Positions 1-27,035 of a stretch of DNA of 64,000 bases are shown here, piece by piece. The translations under genes and the position numbers were made by a program. The DNA is from Antechinus flavipes (Eukaryota). A model generated the notes under the pieces. It was not told the DNA's origin, ran no database searches, and saw only the letters and a list, made by a program, of their open reading frames with translations. The stretch's first letter is position 1. Each line of letters starts with the position of its first letter. Location of the stretch: the NCBI RefSeq assembly GCF_016432865.1, contig NC_067402.1:217682001-217746000 (forward strand), read 5' to 3'.

Positions 1-2849
1 GGGCCCAGACCAGCAAGACCTTTGGTGAACCATCCACCAGTCTCCCCATGGAAACTTATAATATTTTGTGGCCCATGTTTTTAGAGGTCTCTGTTCATAA
101 AGAGCAGACTGATTATACTGTAGCCTTTGGCAGATACCTAAAAGTAGCTAGGCTAAAAAAACTATTTGGTTTCTAGAATTATAAGGTCTCCAAAGTTGTA
201 CTTATTATATCACTCCTGAAAAGCAATTTTTTGACTGATACCCCAACTATTAGCATTAACTACCTTTTGTCCAAACCCAAGTGATGGATAGTTTTTCTGA
301 GGAGATGAGTAGGGCAATGGAAAAAAGGGCTCTATTGCTAAATGGAGATTGTATCTTCAGGATCTTGCTCTCTCAGTTCTCTAAGATGGTAAAACTTCTC
401 CCAGAGACTAAAATCTCTAGTCTCACCCAATGCCCTGTTTCCTTTGCTAACCAAATGATTCCACTCATGAAGCCCTCACTTCTGAGGAATATCATTCTGC
501 TTAGTTTACTAACTGCTCTGCTCTCTACAAAAGGGAGAATTCATCATCAGGACCATTAAAATAATAATAGGTAATATCCTGAGGGATAGGGATGCTAACA
601 AATCCTCTCAGTGGGCTGAGAATCAAGGCTTGTGAAGTAAGAATCTTGGGGAATAGCGTATAAGAATCTTGTACTGATTGTTGAACAATGGGCACGTGTC
701 TGTCTAAATGGTCTGGAAGCTGGACAGAAGATTCGACAAACAAAACCTCTCTCCTTAGGGGTCAGGATAGCTGAAAGAATTTTTTGATACTGCCAGCTAC
801 ATAAAGTTGTTTGTGGAAGATGTCAGCATTCACTGGAGAGATATACGCCCATTACTGAAGTACACAATCAGACTGATGCCAATGTGAAAAAGACAAGAGG
901 TTAAGAAGTGAACCCATTACCAATCAGGACTTGAGACTGTGATGCCATGTTGTTCTCAGCAAGGGACCAGATAATCCTCCTAAGAACGAGGCAACTACTT
1001 GTCGCTGGAGCCCCTCATACAAAACAGAATGCCATGCACAGTCTTCGACTTGCCCCAACTGGCAAATCATTCCATTTCTTCTGTCTTAGGGCAAGAAGTT
1101 TGTTCTTGCTAAACAATAATTTTGTCATCACACCACTGATGTTTGGCGTCCTACTTCAGATAAGCCATGTCTTTTGCTGAGTTAGCACCCTTCTAGGAAG
1201 GGGGAAGGTTCTCTGGTTTTGAAGTTTCTGGGATCTATCCTATTTATCCAATAAGGAAAAGTTACTTTCTGACATTGTTCCAATTGATCCTCTCTGGCCT
1301 TTTTTATTCCATCCATCAAAGATTCCTCACTCTTCTCTAAAGGTTTCTGCCCCTCAGGATGTGTACACCCTGGGGAAATAGCTCAGTCCCCCTCAATTAT
1401 ATTTAATTTTTCATGGTATGATTCAGCCAACTCCTTCTCAGAAAAGGCTTGTGAAAACAAATGGTGGTATTATTGCAAAGTATCTTACTTTCTAATAGTA
1501 TGGGAAAGCTAAAACGCTTTCTGTATAATAACTACAATGAATTTATGTTAGGACATTGCAGACAATCCTGAGTTCCTGGATCTATATGAGGGAGAGCCTC
1601 CCCCTCATGACTTTTTTAGGAAGGAAGATGTCCTTGCAGGTAGAACAAAGAACATTGAGGGGTGGTAGGTGGTACAGAGCAAGTCAGGCTACATGTAAGA
1701 AGGTAATGAACTCTTGGGCCTGTGATGAGGATTGGTAAATATAGTAGAATCATCTGCATGATAGCACTGATGTTTCTGATGCTGTTCCTGCTCAACATCA
1801 TTTCTTTACATAAAGAGATCCACTGTGAAGTATCCCCAGTTATCACCTGTCACATGACAGATCTGGAACTTGGTCTTTTGAATCATGGAGTAAAAAACCC
1901 AGGGTTTCTGATCTTTGGCTTCCTTCATATTCAGTCACTTTGGCATTGTGTTCCTTCAGGGAACTACTGCATTGCTTGCCTTTTTTTTCATCCTGTACTT
2001 CTGTTTTTGTTTTTCTTTTACCTTGATTAAATTCTTTCCCCATTGATACTTGTGCCAGACTTCTCAAATCCCTGAGGTCTAAGTTGTTCAGTAATGACTT
2101 CAAAGCTATTTAAATGGTGGAGGGTCCTTTAGAATAGTAATTTCAAACTCAAATAGAAATTGAGGACACTAAACTTTACATAAGGATCTCTTTGGGCAGC
2201 ATATTGTCTTAGTTTTAAAATGTAATGTTATCTATGCTTTATTGTATTTTTATTTATTTTGTTAAATATTTCCTAGTTACATTTTTGCTTATTTGTTTGT
2301 CTGCTTACTTCGAGGTCACTCTGGAAAGTGTTACAGGTTGTTATGCCTTGTAGGCCATATTTCTGACACTTCTGCCCTAGAAGACCCAGAGGATTTTGCC
2401 ACCAAGAGATGGGATGTGGCAGGAGCGATATCTACTAAAAGTCCTGTCATTAAAGGTTGGGATAGTTTTTTCCTAGAAGTCTGGAAAACTATCTCTGAGA
2501 CTCAATTGGCCCAAGCAGCTAAATATTGAACTTTTTTGATAACTTAGAGTATAAAAAGACCCATGAGGAGTCAGTGCCTATAGACTCGATAGCTATTCAC
2601 TTACAATGCAAGTGAGTCCACACACCCTTCTGACCACAGGCATTTCTGTACTGGGGCAAGAATTGCACATCCTTTAACCAACACCATATCTATGGTATTG
2701 CTAAGTAAATCTCCTTTTGTTAACTATCAGATAGTCTCCAAGTGTCTCATGTTGTTCCAATCCTAAATCTAAATCAATGGACTAATCTTTTCTATAATTC
2801 CAGGTTGGAATATTATAGAAAAGCATTCCATGTGGGGAAAACAACAATA

Positions 2850-3300
2850 GTAACAACCCAAAACAATAGGGATTTTAGGAGAAAACAGGTTCACTATAGG
2901 TCAACAATGTAAATTCAATCTTATGCTACATTAATAGATGAATAGAATCCTGAATGACACTGATGGTAATCTGACTATAATCTATCTTCGTCAGGCTACA
3001 TCTAGAGTACTATATTCAGTTCTGGGTCTCATATTTTAGAAAAGACATTGACAAGTTTGAGTACAAACAGATGAATGTTCTATAAATCATGCTATACGAA
3101 GAGCAATGGAAGACCTTATGGGAAATATTAAGCTTTGAGCTTAATTTTGAGAATTAAATTTGAGAAAATAAGACTTAGTTGTCTTCCAGTATTTCAAGGA
3201 TTGTTATGTGAAAAGGAATTAGATTTGTTTTGCTTGACTCCAGGAAGCAGAACTCAGAGTAATTAATAGAAGTTGCTTACATCATTCTGATAAAGAAAAA
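2850..3300 (+). mobile_element. Ancient CR1/L3 LINE remnant
   Basis: Near 2995-3060 the plus strand translates as RLHLEYYIQFWVSYFRKDIDKFE, the CR1/L3 ORF2 C-terminal motif. Confidence 0.7.
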
Positions 3301-3914
3301 TTTCCTGGCTCCTTATATTGCTCAAAGGTAGAATGAACAGTCTTCCTCCTCCTATTGATTCTACTATTCAACCTACAATCTTCTCTCTGCTTCTCCCTAT
3401 AGATATAAGCCTCAGTGTCCTATAGCTGCCAGGACAGCTCTTTTCAAGTCTTCAAAACACTATATGGAAAAATCCAAAGATATGTCTCAAGGACTTTTTG
3501 GTGGTATTCATAGACTTGTTAATTTCTCTGAAAGAAAAGAAACTAAATACATGGGAGAGGAGACGTCTCAAAAACCTTATTATCCCCCCAAAAGATGATC
3601 AAGCAAATAATAACTACTAACCTATATGCCCATTTTGCCACTTCTTCAAAATCTATATAAAAATAGCACATAATCTTGATGAAGAACTACATATGGTTTG
3701 AACCCAAGATCCTTCACCATCTTTTTGGCTGATCTCTAAACAGTTTCAAAGTTATCAACATCCTTCCAAAAATGTGGCATTTGGAATTGAATACAAAACT
3801 TCAATTGCAGTCACATATTAAATTATCTTAATGGAGCCCAAGGTATCTCTTTGTCTCTCTCTCTCTGTATCTCTGCCTCTCTTTGTCTCTCTTTGTCTCT
3901 ATCTCTGCAAACAT

Positions 3915-4030
3915 AATTAAATGATTTGCCTAAGGTCACATAGCTAGTAAGTGTCTAAAAGCCAAATTTGAATTTAGGACCTCTTGATTTCAGGGACAAT
4001 ACTTTATTCACTACACCACCTAGCTACTCC
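3915..4030 (-). mobile_element. Mar1/MIR-like SINE fragment
   Basis: tgatttgcctaaggtcacatagctagtaagtgtct..caccacctagct, CORE-SINE motif. Confidence 0.7.
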
Positions 4031-4751
4031 ACAAGTAGCTTTCATATCACATTGTTGACTAATATTGAGCTTTTAGTTCACTAAAATATCCAGCTCTTTT
4101 TTATAAATTGAAAACTGTTGTCTAAACAGATTCCTCCATCTTGTACTTCTGGCAATTCTTTGAACCTGAATGAAAGACTTTCCATTTATTCCTATTAAAT
4201 TCATCTTATTTGAATTTTTTAAAAGTAGAATATGTTATGCTGGGGGTTAGTGAATTCTGTATCACTGGAAGTCCTCAGTGAGAGTTGGATGACTATTCAG
4301 ATATATTTTTAAAGGATTCCTATTAGGTATACTTTTGATTAGATGATCTCTGAAGTCCTTTCCAACCCAAGGTTTGATGATTCTCAATTTAGTTTTAATT
4401 CTGAAACTACTGATAGAAGCAAAAGACCTAAGAGAAAGAAAGCTTTTTGCTAGATAGGAAAAAAAAAAAATGTAGCTCAGAGGTATTAAGTCAGTAGTCC
4501 AATACTCAGACTTTTCAATATGTAAGAGAAGCCCCAATAATTTAAAAAGTCCTCATTGTTATTTTCTGTACATATAATGTACTTTCTCCCTTCCTAATAA
4601 TAAATTAGATTTCTCATGCTCTCTAAGAAAAGAAATATTCAACCTACCCCTCCCCACTCCACCCCCCCCACCCCGTTTCCTTGTCTCCTCCTGACCACTA
4701 GGAAATCCTCTGAGTTCTAGTTGTCATCACTACTGCTGTAAATATAATTAC

Positions 4752-18450
<13,699 letters not shown>

Positions 18451-19084
18451 ACAAATAGCTCTTCTCCTAGCGATTGCATTCCAAGGCCTGGAAAGTATGA
18501 GTTGTTGAGATATTCTCATTTCTACAACTCTGGAAGGGCAAAGGTCATGTATAGAGGAAAGGTTTTGGAGTTCAGAGGAAAGAAAGCAACCTAGACTCCT
18601 CTGTGGACTAACATGCGTGCATGTGTGAGTGTGTAAATAAAGGCATGGAGAAAAGGTTGTTCAGGTTCTGGTTATTCCTCCTTAAGAGAGAGAGAGTTGC
18701 GGAAATCAAAAGACTTGGGTTTAAATCCATTTCAGCCACTTAGTGCCATAGCCAGAGTGATTGGTATTTTTGTTCAAGGGCAACAACATGGTGGTCAAGG
18801 ATTTTGCTTCCTTCCCACAACTGGCATCCTCTTGCAAATTCAACTGCCTTCCTCTGGCAACCACAATCCCTGGAGCTTGATCTCGTGGTCCTTGACCGGC
18901 CGTAGCCATTACTTTGCTGAAATTGAGCCCAGGCAAATCCAGTCCCTGTGGACCACCTAGCTTCCCAACTTCCTCAGACTGAGGACTGGACTTTCTGGGA
19001 TTACTGCTCTTCCCAACTCCTTGAGAAAAGTGGGACTCTCCACTGAAGCTCCCTTCTTCCCAGATGAATTTATCCCAAGTGCAA

Positions 19085-19225
19085 GAAATCCTAGTTAAGG
19101 TTCTGAGCTGTGTGACCTTGAGCAAATCATTACTCCTTGTCTCTCTTTCCTCATTTGTAAAATGAAGATATTGGACCAGATCATCTTGAAGGTTCACTAT
19201 ACCATCTGATTCTCTGGTATTCTCA
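19085..19225 (+). mobile_element. MIR SINE
   Basis: ctgtgtgaccttgagcaaatcatt..tttcctcatttgtaaaatgaagatattggaccagatcatctt. Confidence 0.65.
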
Positions 19226-20044
19226 TTTCTGCTCGTTGGATTGAGAAAGGCACTAAAATGCAAATGGCAAATAGAGGAGCAGGAAAAGGGGGAAAGAGGG
19301 AGAGCTTTATGCATCCATCATTTGTGAAATAGCCTATATACATGTGCTGTTGAATATCCTGAATTTCCCAGCTCAGTTATCCCCTCCCTTTTTGAGACTC
19401 CAACAGTCATCGTCCCTCAAATCCCTTCCCCCAGCTCTGAGTCCTGCTGCAGCCCCTGAGCTGCAAGTCAAGAAGCAAGTCAGATTGATTTTTCTAAATG
19501 TCATTAGCCTTGGCAAGCAAGTGAGGCAGTTGGGAAGCAGAGTCAGACTGCAGGAGCTGGAAAGGGCTATCTGGACACTGTGAAATTCTCTAGAGTGAGA
19601 GGAATAATTGAACAGTCCATGAGAAGCCTGTGCACTAAGGTGAGAAGCCAAACTAGAAGTACCCAAGTTGAGGACAGCTAAAATTTTTTCAGGATGAGCA
19701 TCAACACCATTCCACCCAATATAGGCTAAAAGATATTGAATGACAAGGGGCAAAGCATGAGACAAAGAAACATGAAAAAGAAATGGGAGCCGTGGAGGAA
19801 GATGAATTGTAATGGACAACTCACAGTTATATTTGCTTTATTCATCACAATCCTGTGAGGTAGTTGGCATGAACACTATTGTCCTCATACTAAAAAAAGT
19901 AAAGTGACTTATCCACTGGGTCATCCACTTTAAAAGGTGCAACCAGGATTCAGCCCATATCTTTTGACTTGAAGTACAATTTTCTTTCTACCACATCATA
20001 CTTTTCCATTCATGCAGTCAATAGCTGTGGCATCTTTTTATAGT

Positions 20045-20632
20045 TTTTTTTTTTTTAAGAAACACATACAAAAATAACTTCCAACATTCACCTTTGCGAA
20101 ATCTTGTGTTCCAAATTTTTCTCCCTATCCTTTCTTTCTCCTTCCCCAAGACTATAAGCAATGTGCTATAGGATAAACATGTGCAATTCTTGTAAACATA
20201 TTTCCATATTTATCATGCTGCACAAGAAAAATCTGATCAAAAGGGGGAAAACATGAGAAGAAAAAAAAAAAGCAAACCACAGTAACAAAAGTAAAAATAT
20301 TATACTTTGATCCACATTCAGACTCCATAGTTCTCTCGCTAGATGAAGATGGCACCTTCCAGGATAAGTCTATTGAAAATGGCCTGAATACCTCATTGTT
20401 GAAAAGAACCAAGTCAATCACAGTTGATCATCACATAATCTTGTTGTGTGTACAATGTTCTCTTGGTTGTGTTCATTTCACTTAGCAGCAGTTCATGTAA
20501 GTCTTTCCAGGCTTTTCTGAAATCCACCTATTCATCATTTTTATAGAAATAAAATTCCATTACATTCATATGCCATAACTTATTCAGCTATTCCCCAACT
20601 GATGGGCATCTACTCATTTTCCAGTTCCTTGT
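20045..20632 (-). mobile_element. L1 3' end (minus)
   Basis: T-run followed by the reverse complement of the same L1 3' UTR/ORF2 end (ccataact..ttcagcta..ccaactgatgggcatctactca). Confidence 0.8.
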
Positions 20633-21310
20633 GTGGCATCTGTTCTTGAGATTTCAGCAATGTAAAATGATAACCATGCAACCTTGATCATATACCTATC
20701 TGCATCATTATTCAATAAACATTTATTAGTAACCTATTAGGTGCCAAGCACTGTACTAAGCCTGAGAAATCAAAATAGTCAAAAGACACTCTTGCCTTCA
20801 AGGAGTTTAAAATGGAATGGGAGAAACAATACACAAATATATACAAAGCAAGCTATATACAGGATAAATAGGAACTAGTCCACCAAGGGAAGGCACTGGA
20901 ATTGAGGGATTGGAGAAGGCTTCCTGTAAATAATAGCGTTGTGAGGAAATCACCTAGGTCCCATGTGATCTATAATCATATTATTTTCTGCCCATAGAAT
21001 ATACTGGAAAGGGTGCTGGATATGGAAGCAGAAGACTGATCAGTTTAAATCTCAGCTCTAACACTTTTTTTAAACTTATATTTTTTTCAATTAAGCATGA
21101 ATTTTCTTTCCTTCACAGTTCCCCCATTACTAGGAAGGGGAAGGGAAATCCTTTGTAATTACTATGCATAGTCAAGTAAAACAAATTCCCATATTAGTCA
21201 TGTCCAAAAATGTGTATCTTAATCTACAATACTGTCACTTCTTTGTTGGGGAGTGGGTGAGATGCTTCCTTGTCAATACTCTGAAAACATAGTATATCAA
21301 GAATTAAGAA

Positions 21311-21447
21311 TTTTTTTTTTGAGGCAATTGGAGTTACTTGCCCAGGGTCACACAGCTAAAAAGTATTAAGTGTCTGCGGCTGGATTTGAATTCAGGTCCA
21401 CTGACTTCATGGCTGGTGCTCTATCCACTGCACCACCTAGCTGCCCC
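21311..21447 (-). mobile_element. WSINE1/Mar1-family CORE SINE
   Basis: Reverse complement starts ggggcagctaggtggtgcagtggatagagcacc. Has a T-tail and flanking repeats aagaat(t/a)aagaa. Confidence 0.85.
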
Positions 21448-21459
21448 AAGAATAAAGAA

Positions 21460-22045
21460 TTTTTATTATTATTATTATTATAGCTTTTTATTTACAAGAT
21501 ATATGCATGGGTAATTTTTCAGTATTGACCTTTGTAAAACCTTCTGTTCCAACTTTTCCCCTCCTTCTCCCCTTTCCCCAGATGGCAGGTAGACCAATAC
21601 ATATTAAATATGTTAAAGTATATGTTAAATACAATATATGTATACATATCCATAGTTATTTTGCTGCACAAGAAAAATCAGACTTAGAAATAAGGTAAAA
21701 TTAACCTGAGAAGGAAATCAAAAATACAAGCGGACAAAAACAGGGATTGGAAATGCTATCTTGTGGTTCACACTCATTTCCCAGGGTTCTTTCGCTGACT
21801 GTAGCTGGTTCTCTTCATTATTGAACAAATGGAACTGATTTGGTTCATCTCATTGTTGAAAAGAGCCACGTCCATCAGAATTGATCATCGTATATTCTTG
21901 TTGTTGAAGTATATAATGATCTCTTGGTTCTTCTCATTTCACTCAGCATCAGTTCATGTAAGTCTCTCCAGGCCTTTCTGAAATCATCCTGCTGGTCATT
22001 TCTTACAGAACAGTAATATTCCATAACATTTATATACCACAGTTT
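21460..22045 (-). mobile_element. L1 3' end (minus)
   Basis: ORF 21875-22183 includes LWYINVMEYYCSVRNDQQDDFRKAWRDLHELMLSE (L1 ORF2 end). (TTA)n tail. Confidence 0.85.
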
Positions 22046-22066
22046 AGAATTAAGCATTCTTAAGAC

Positions 22067-22720
22067 TTTGGTGATTCGTGTGCAAAAATGTGGCAGCCTT
22101 TTTGTAGTGGCAAGAAACTGGAAACTAAGTAGATGCCCATCAGTTGGAAAATAGTGGCATAAGTTATGGTATATGAATGTCATGGAATATTATTGTACTA
22201 TAAGAAATGATCAGGAAGATGATTTCAGAGAGATTTGGAGACTTACATGAACTGATGCTAAGTGAGTAGAACAAAGAAAACATTGTACATAGCAACAACA
22301 AGATTATGTGATGATCAATTCTGATGGACATGATTCTTTTCAACAATGAGAAGATTCAGGCCAGTTTCAATGGTCTTGTAATGGAGAGAGCCATCTGCAT
22401 CCAGAGAGAGAACTGTGGGTACTGAATATGGATCACATTAGAGAGTTTTCACTCTTTTTGTTTTCGTTTGCTTGCATTTTGTTTTCTTCCTCATTTTTTT
22501 TCCACTTGGATCTGATTTTTCTTGTTTACCATGATAATTGTGGAAATATGTATAGAAGAATTGCTCATGCTTAACATATATTGGATTACTTGCCATCTAG
22601 GGAAAAGGGTAGAGGGAAGGAAGAGAAAAAATGGAACACAAGGTTTTGCAAAGGTGAATGCTGAAAATTATCTTTGCATGTGTTTTGAAAATAAAAAGCT
22701 TTAACAATTAAAAAAAAGAC
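22067..22720 (+). mobile_element. L1 3' end (plus)
   Basis: Decayed ORF2 end (gcaagaaactggaaactaagtagatgcccatcagttgg...), 3' UTR and A-tail. Confidence 0.8.
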
Positions 22721-22872
22721 TTTCGTGGTTGTTGTTGTTTTTTTTTTAATAATGAAAAGTATCTTTCTTCCCTCCCATACCCACTTCTCAAACACACATA
22801 CAGTGAAAAAGAAAAAAACGAAACCCTTATAATACATATGTATAATCAAGTGAACAGCTTACAACATTGGAT

Positions 22873-22874
<2 letters not shown>

Positions 22875-22916
<42 letters not shown>
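22875..22916. repeat. (GT)21 microsatellite
   Basis: Pure GT run. Confidence 0.95.
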
Positions 22917-22918
<2 letters not shown>

Positions 22919-23344
22919 CTCAATTTGCATTCTGAGTCTATCATCTTTCTGTTAGGAGGCAGATGGAATATTCCTCTGGAATCATGACTGGTCATTTCAC
23001 TGATTAGAATTTTTAAGTCTTTCAGAGTTGTTTGTCCTTAAAAGCATTGTTGCTGTATAAATTGCTCTTCTGATTTTGCTCACTTTACTCTGCATCAATT
23101 TATACATGTCTTTCCCTTTCCACTCTATCTGGGTCAATTTCCTCCTCTATAAGAGGAAGAGTTTAGACAAAAACTCTTACAACAATATGTATAGTCAAAT
23201 GCAACAAGTTCCAGCATTAGGTATGAATAAGAATAAAAAATGTACTCAATATGTACTCTAGATTTATCAATTTTTTGTCAAGAGATTAATATCTTTTTTT
23301 GTTTTGTTTTGTTTTTAACTAAGAAGTTTTAAAACTGAGGGAGA

Positions 23345-24575
23345 TTTTCTTAAAGTAATTTTATTACAAAATGAATAATTTTGATTACATTAAATTAAGA
23401 CTTTTTGTACAAACAAAACCAATGCAGACAAGATTAGAAGGGAAGGAGAAAACTGAAGGAAAAAATCTTAAATCTAAGGGTTCTGATAAAGGCCTCATTT
23501 CTAAAATATGTAGAGATTTGACTCAAATTTATAAAAATACAAGCCATTCTCCAATTGGTAAATGGTCAAAGGATATAAACAGACAATTTTCAGATAGAGA
23601 AATTAAATGAAAAGGTGTTCTAGATTATAGAGAAATGCAAATTAAGACAACTCTGAGGTACTAGTACACACCTCTCAGATTGGCTAAAACGACAGGAAAA
23701 TATAATGATAAACATTGAAAGGGGTTATGGAAAAACTGGGACACTAATACATTGTTGATGGAGTTGTGAACAGAGCCAACCATTCTGGAGAGCAATTTGT
23801 GTAACAATGTCCAAAAAGCTATCAAACAGTGCAAACTCTTTGATCTAGCTGTATTTCAACGGGGCCTGTATCCTAAAGAGATCTTAAAGGAAGGAAAAGA
23901 ACTCATATGTGCAAAAATGTTTGTGGTATCCCTTTTTGTAGTGGTAAGGAACTAGAAACTGAGTTGATACGCATCAGTTGGAGAATGGCTGAAGAAGTTA
24001 TGGTATATGAATGTTATGGAATATTATTGTTCTGTAAGAAATAATCAGCAGGATGAATACAGAGAGGCCTGGAGAAACTTACATGAACTGATCCTAAGCG
24101 AAGTAAATAGAACCAAGAGAATATTGTACACAGCAACAATAAGATTATGATCAATTCTGATTGATGTGACTCTTTTCAACAATGAGGTGATTCAGGCCAA
24201 TTCCAATAGACTTGTGATGGAGTGAGCCATCTGCATCCAGAAAGAGAACTATCAGCATTGAATGTGGATCACAACATAGTATTTTCACTTTTTTTGTTGT
24301 TGTTTGCTTGCTTTTTGTTTTTTTTCTCATTCTCCCTCACCTCATTTGTTTTGATTTTTCTTGTGTAGCACAACAAATGGGAAATATCTTTAGAAGAATT
24401 GTACATGTTTAATATATATTGGATTACTAATTCTCTAGTGGAGAGGATAGGGAGAAGGGAGGGAGAACAATTTGGAACACAAGATTTTGCAAGGGTAAAT
24501 GTTGAAAACTATCTTTGTATGTATTTTGATAATAAAAAGCTATTATTTAAAATAAAAAAATTAAAATTAAAAATA
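23345..24575 (+). mobile_element. Decayed L1 ORF2 C-terminal region and 3' UTR (plus)
   Basis: ORF 23371-23610 has KGSDKGLISKI...HSPIGKWSKDINRQFS. A-rich tail near 24550. Confidence 0.85.
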
Positions 24576-24682
24576 ATTTATTTCAATATAATGATTTCCT
24601 TTGTAATCCTATGTATTTATTTTATTCATTTAAAAATATTGTTCTGAGGAGAGCACTTTTTTGCATTTTTAAAGCATTTTTT

Positions 24683-26131
24683 TAAAAAATTTATTATAGG
24701 TTTTTATTTACAAGATATATGCATGGGTAATTTTTCAGCATTGACAATTGCAAAACTTTTTGTTCCAACTTTTCCTCTCCTTCCCCCAAATGGCAGGTTG
24801 ACCAATATATGTAAAATATATTAAAGTATAAGTTAAATACAATATATGTATACATATCCAAACAGTTATTTTGCTGTACAAAAAGAATCGGACTTTGAAA
24901 TAGTGTACAATTAGCCTGTGAAGGAAATAAAAAATGCAGGTGGACAAAAATAGAAGAATTGGGAATTCCATGTAGTGGTTCACAGTCATCTCCCAGAGTT
25001 CTTTCACTGGGTGTAGCTGATTCAGTTCATTACTGCTCTATTGGAACTGATTTGGTTCTTCTCATTGTTGAAGAGAGCCACGTCCATTAGAATTGATCAT
25101 CATATAGTATTGTTGTTGAAGTATATAATGATCTCCTGGTCCTACTCATTTCCCTCAGCATCAGTTTATGTAAGTCTCTTCAGGCCTTTCTGAAATCATC
25201 CTGCTGGTCATTTCTCACAGAACAATAATATTCCATAACATTCATATAACACAATTTATTCAGCCATTCTCCAATTGATGGGCATCTACTCAGTTTCCAG
25301 TTTCTGGCCACTACAAACAGAGCTGCCACAAACATTCTTGCACATGTAGGTCCCTTTCCCTTCTTTAGTATCTCTCTGGGATATAAGCCCAATAGAAACA
25401 CTGCTGGATCAAAGGGTATGCACAGTTTGATAACTTTTTGAGCATAGTTCCAAATTGCTCTCCAGAATGGCTGGATGTGTTCACAATTCCACCAACAATG
25501 TATCAGTGTCCCAGTTTTCCCACATCCCCTCCAACATTCCGCATTATCTTTCCCTGTCATTCTAGCCAATCTGACAGGTGTATAGTGGTATCTCAGAGTT
25601 GTTTTAATTTGCATTTCTCTGATTAATAATGACTTGGAGCATCTTTTCATATAAGTAGAAATAGTTTCAATTTCTTCATCTGAGAATTGTCTGTTCATAT
25701 CCTTTGACCATTTATCAATTGGAGAATGCCTTGATTTCCTATAAATTAGAGTCAATTCTCTATATATTTTGGAAATGAGGCCTTTATCAGAACCTTTGAT
25801 TGTACAAATGTTTTCCCAGTTTATTGTTTCCCTTCTGATCTTGTCTGTATTAGTTTTGTTTGTATAAAAACTTTTCAATTTGATATAATCAAAATTTTCT
25901 ATTTTGTGATCAATAATGATCTTTAGTTATTCTTTGGTCATAAATTCCTTCCTCTTCCACAGGTCTGAGAGGTAAACTATCCTGTGTTCCTCTAATTGGT
26001 TTATAATCTCATTCTTTATGCCTAGGTCATGAACCCATTTTGACCTTATCTTGGTGTATGGTGTTAAGTGTGGGTCAATGCCTAGTTTCTGCTATACTAA
26101 TTTCCAATTTTCCCAGCAATTTTTGTCAAAC
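24683..26131 (-). mobile_element. 5'-truncated L1 (minus) with a long open ORF2 segment
   Basis: ORF 25180-25878 (232 aa) KGSDKGLISKIYRELTLIY...KTTLRYHYTPVRLA..CWRGCGKTGTLIHCWW. Probable TSD ttttaaa(a)gcattttt at 24667-24682 and 26132-26147. Confidence 0.9.
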
Positions 26132-26544
26132 TTTTAAAAGCATTTTTGAAGTGGTTTATTTCAAAGCACTTTGCAAAAGTATCTTATTTTATCTGCATAA
26201 CAACTCTGGGAGATAGGTGCTATTATCATCCCAGCTTTACAGATGAGAAAACCAGACAGAAAGAAGTAAAGTGACTTATCTAGGATCACACAGATAATAA
26301 GTATCTCAAGCTATATTTAACCTCAAGTCTCTCTTGATTCCAAGTATATTACTCTATTCACTTTTCTACTTAGCTATCTATAAAATGAAATCTCTCCTTC
26401 AAAGGAGAGATTGTTGCATTAAATATATTAAATGCTTTATAGCTTGTCTGTTGATTACCTGGATGATCTGGGATAATAAAAATCACAATATTGTTTCAAT
26501 TTTGCAAAGTATTTCACATGCATTTTGTCATTTTTATTTAATAT

Positions 26545-27035
26545 TTTTATTGCTTCCCAGTTACATGTAAAACAAATTTTCTAACATTTTGTCTGATTAT
26601 ACATGTACATTGATTTATGTATGTATGTTTCATGTTGGGAAAAATAAAAAACAGAACAAAAGAGAAAAACCACGAGAGAAAAAAAAACAGAAGAAAAAGG
26701 AAAAAAAAGTTAACACAGCATGTGTTGATTTACATTCAGAATCCGTAGTTCTCTCTTTAGATAAAGATGGTATTTTCTATCCGAAGTTTATTGGGATTGC
26801 TTTGATTCACTGAACCCCTGAGAAGAACCAAGTATTTCATACTTGATCATAGCGCATGCGTGCTGTTACTGTGTACAATGTAGTATTCCTGCTTCTGTTT
26901 GTTTTGCTCAACATCAGTTCATGTAAATCTTTCCAGGTCTTTCTAAAATCAGCTGTTCATCATTTGTTACAGAACAGTAATATTCCATTACTTTCATCTA
27001 CCACAATTTATTCAGCCATTCTCCAATTGACATAG
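26545..27035 (-). mobile_element. Older L1 3' end (minus)
   Basis: Decayed match to the same L1 3' region (atttattcagccattctccaattga). Confidence 0.7.

Noticed and set aside
1740-1790. HADDSTIF on minus resembling a reverse-transcriptase YADD motif
   Set aside because: No PQG-type motif at the expected distance upstream, and no other RT motifs.
250-2100. Short minus-strand resemblances to filovirus L polymerase (KTKFQICHVTGDN, NDVEQEQ, LQ*YHHL, GGLSY, ADIF, TWVWTKGS)
   Set aside because: The fragments fall in different frames, their spacing and order are not collinear with the Ebola L sequence as I recall it, and no intervening conserved motifs align. Consistent with chance matches; only a BLASTX search could revive it.
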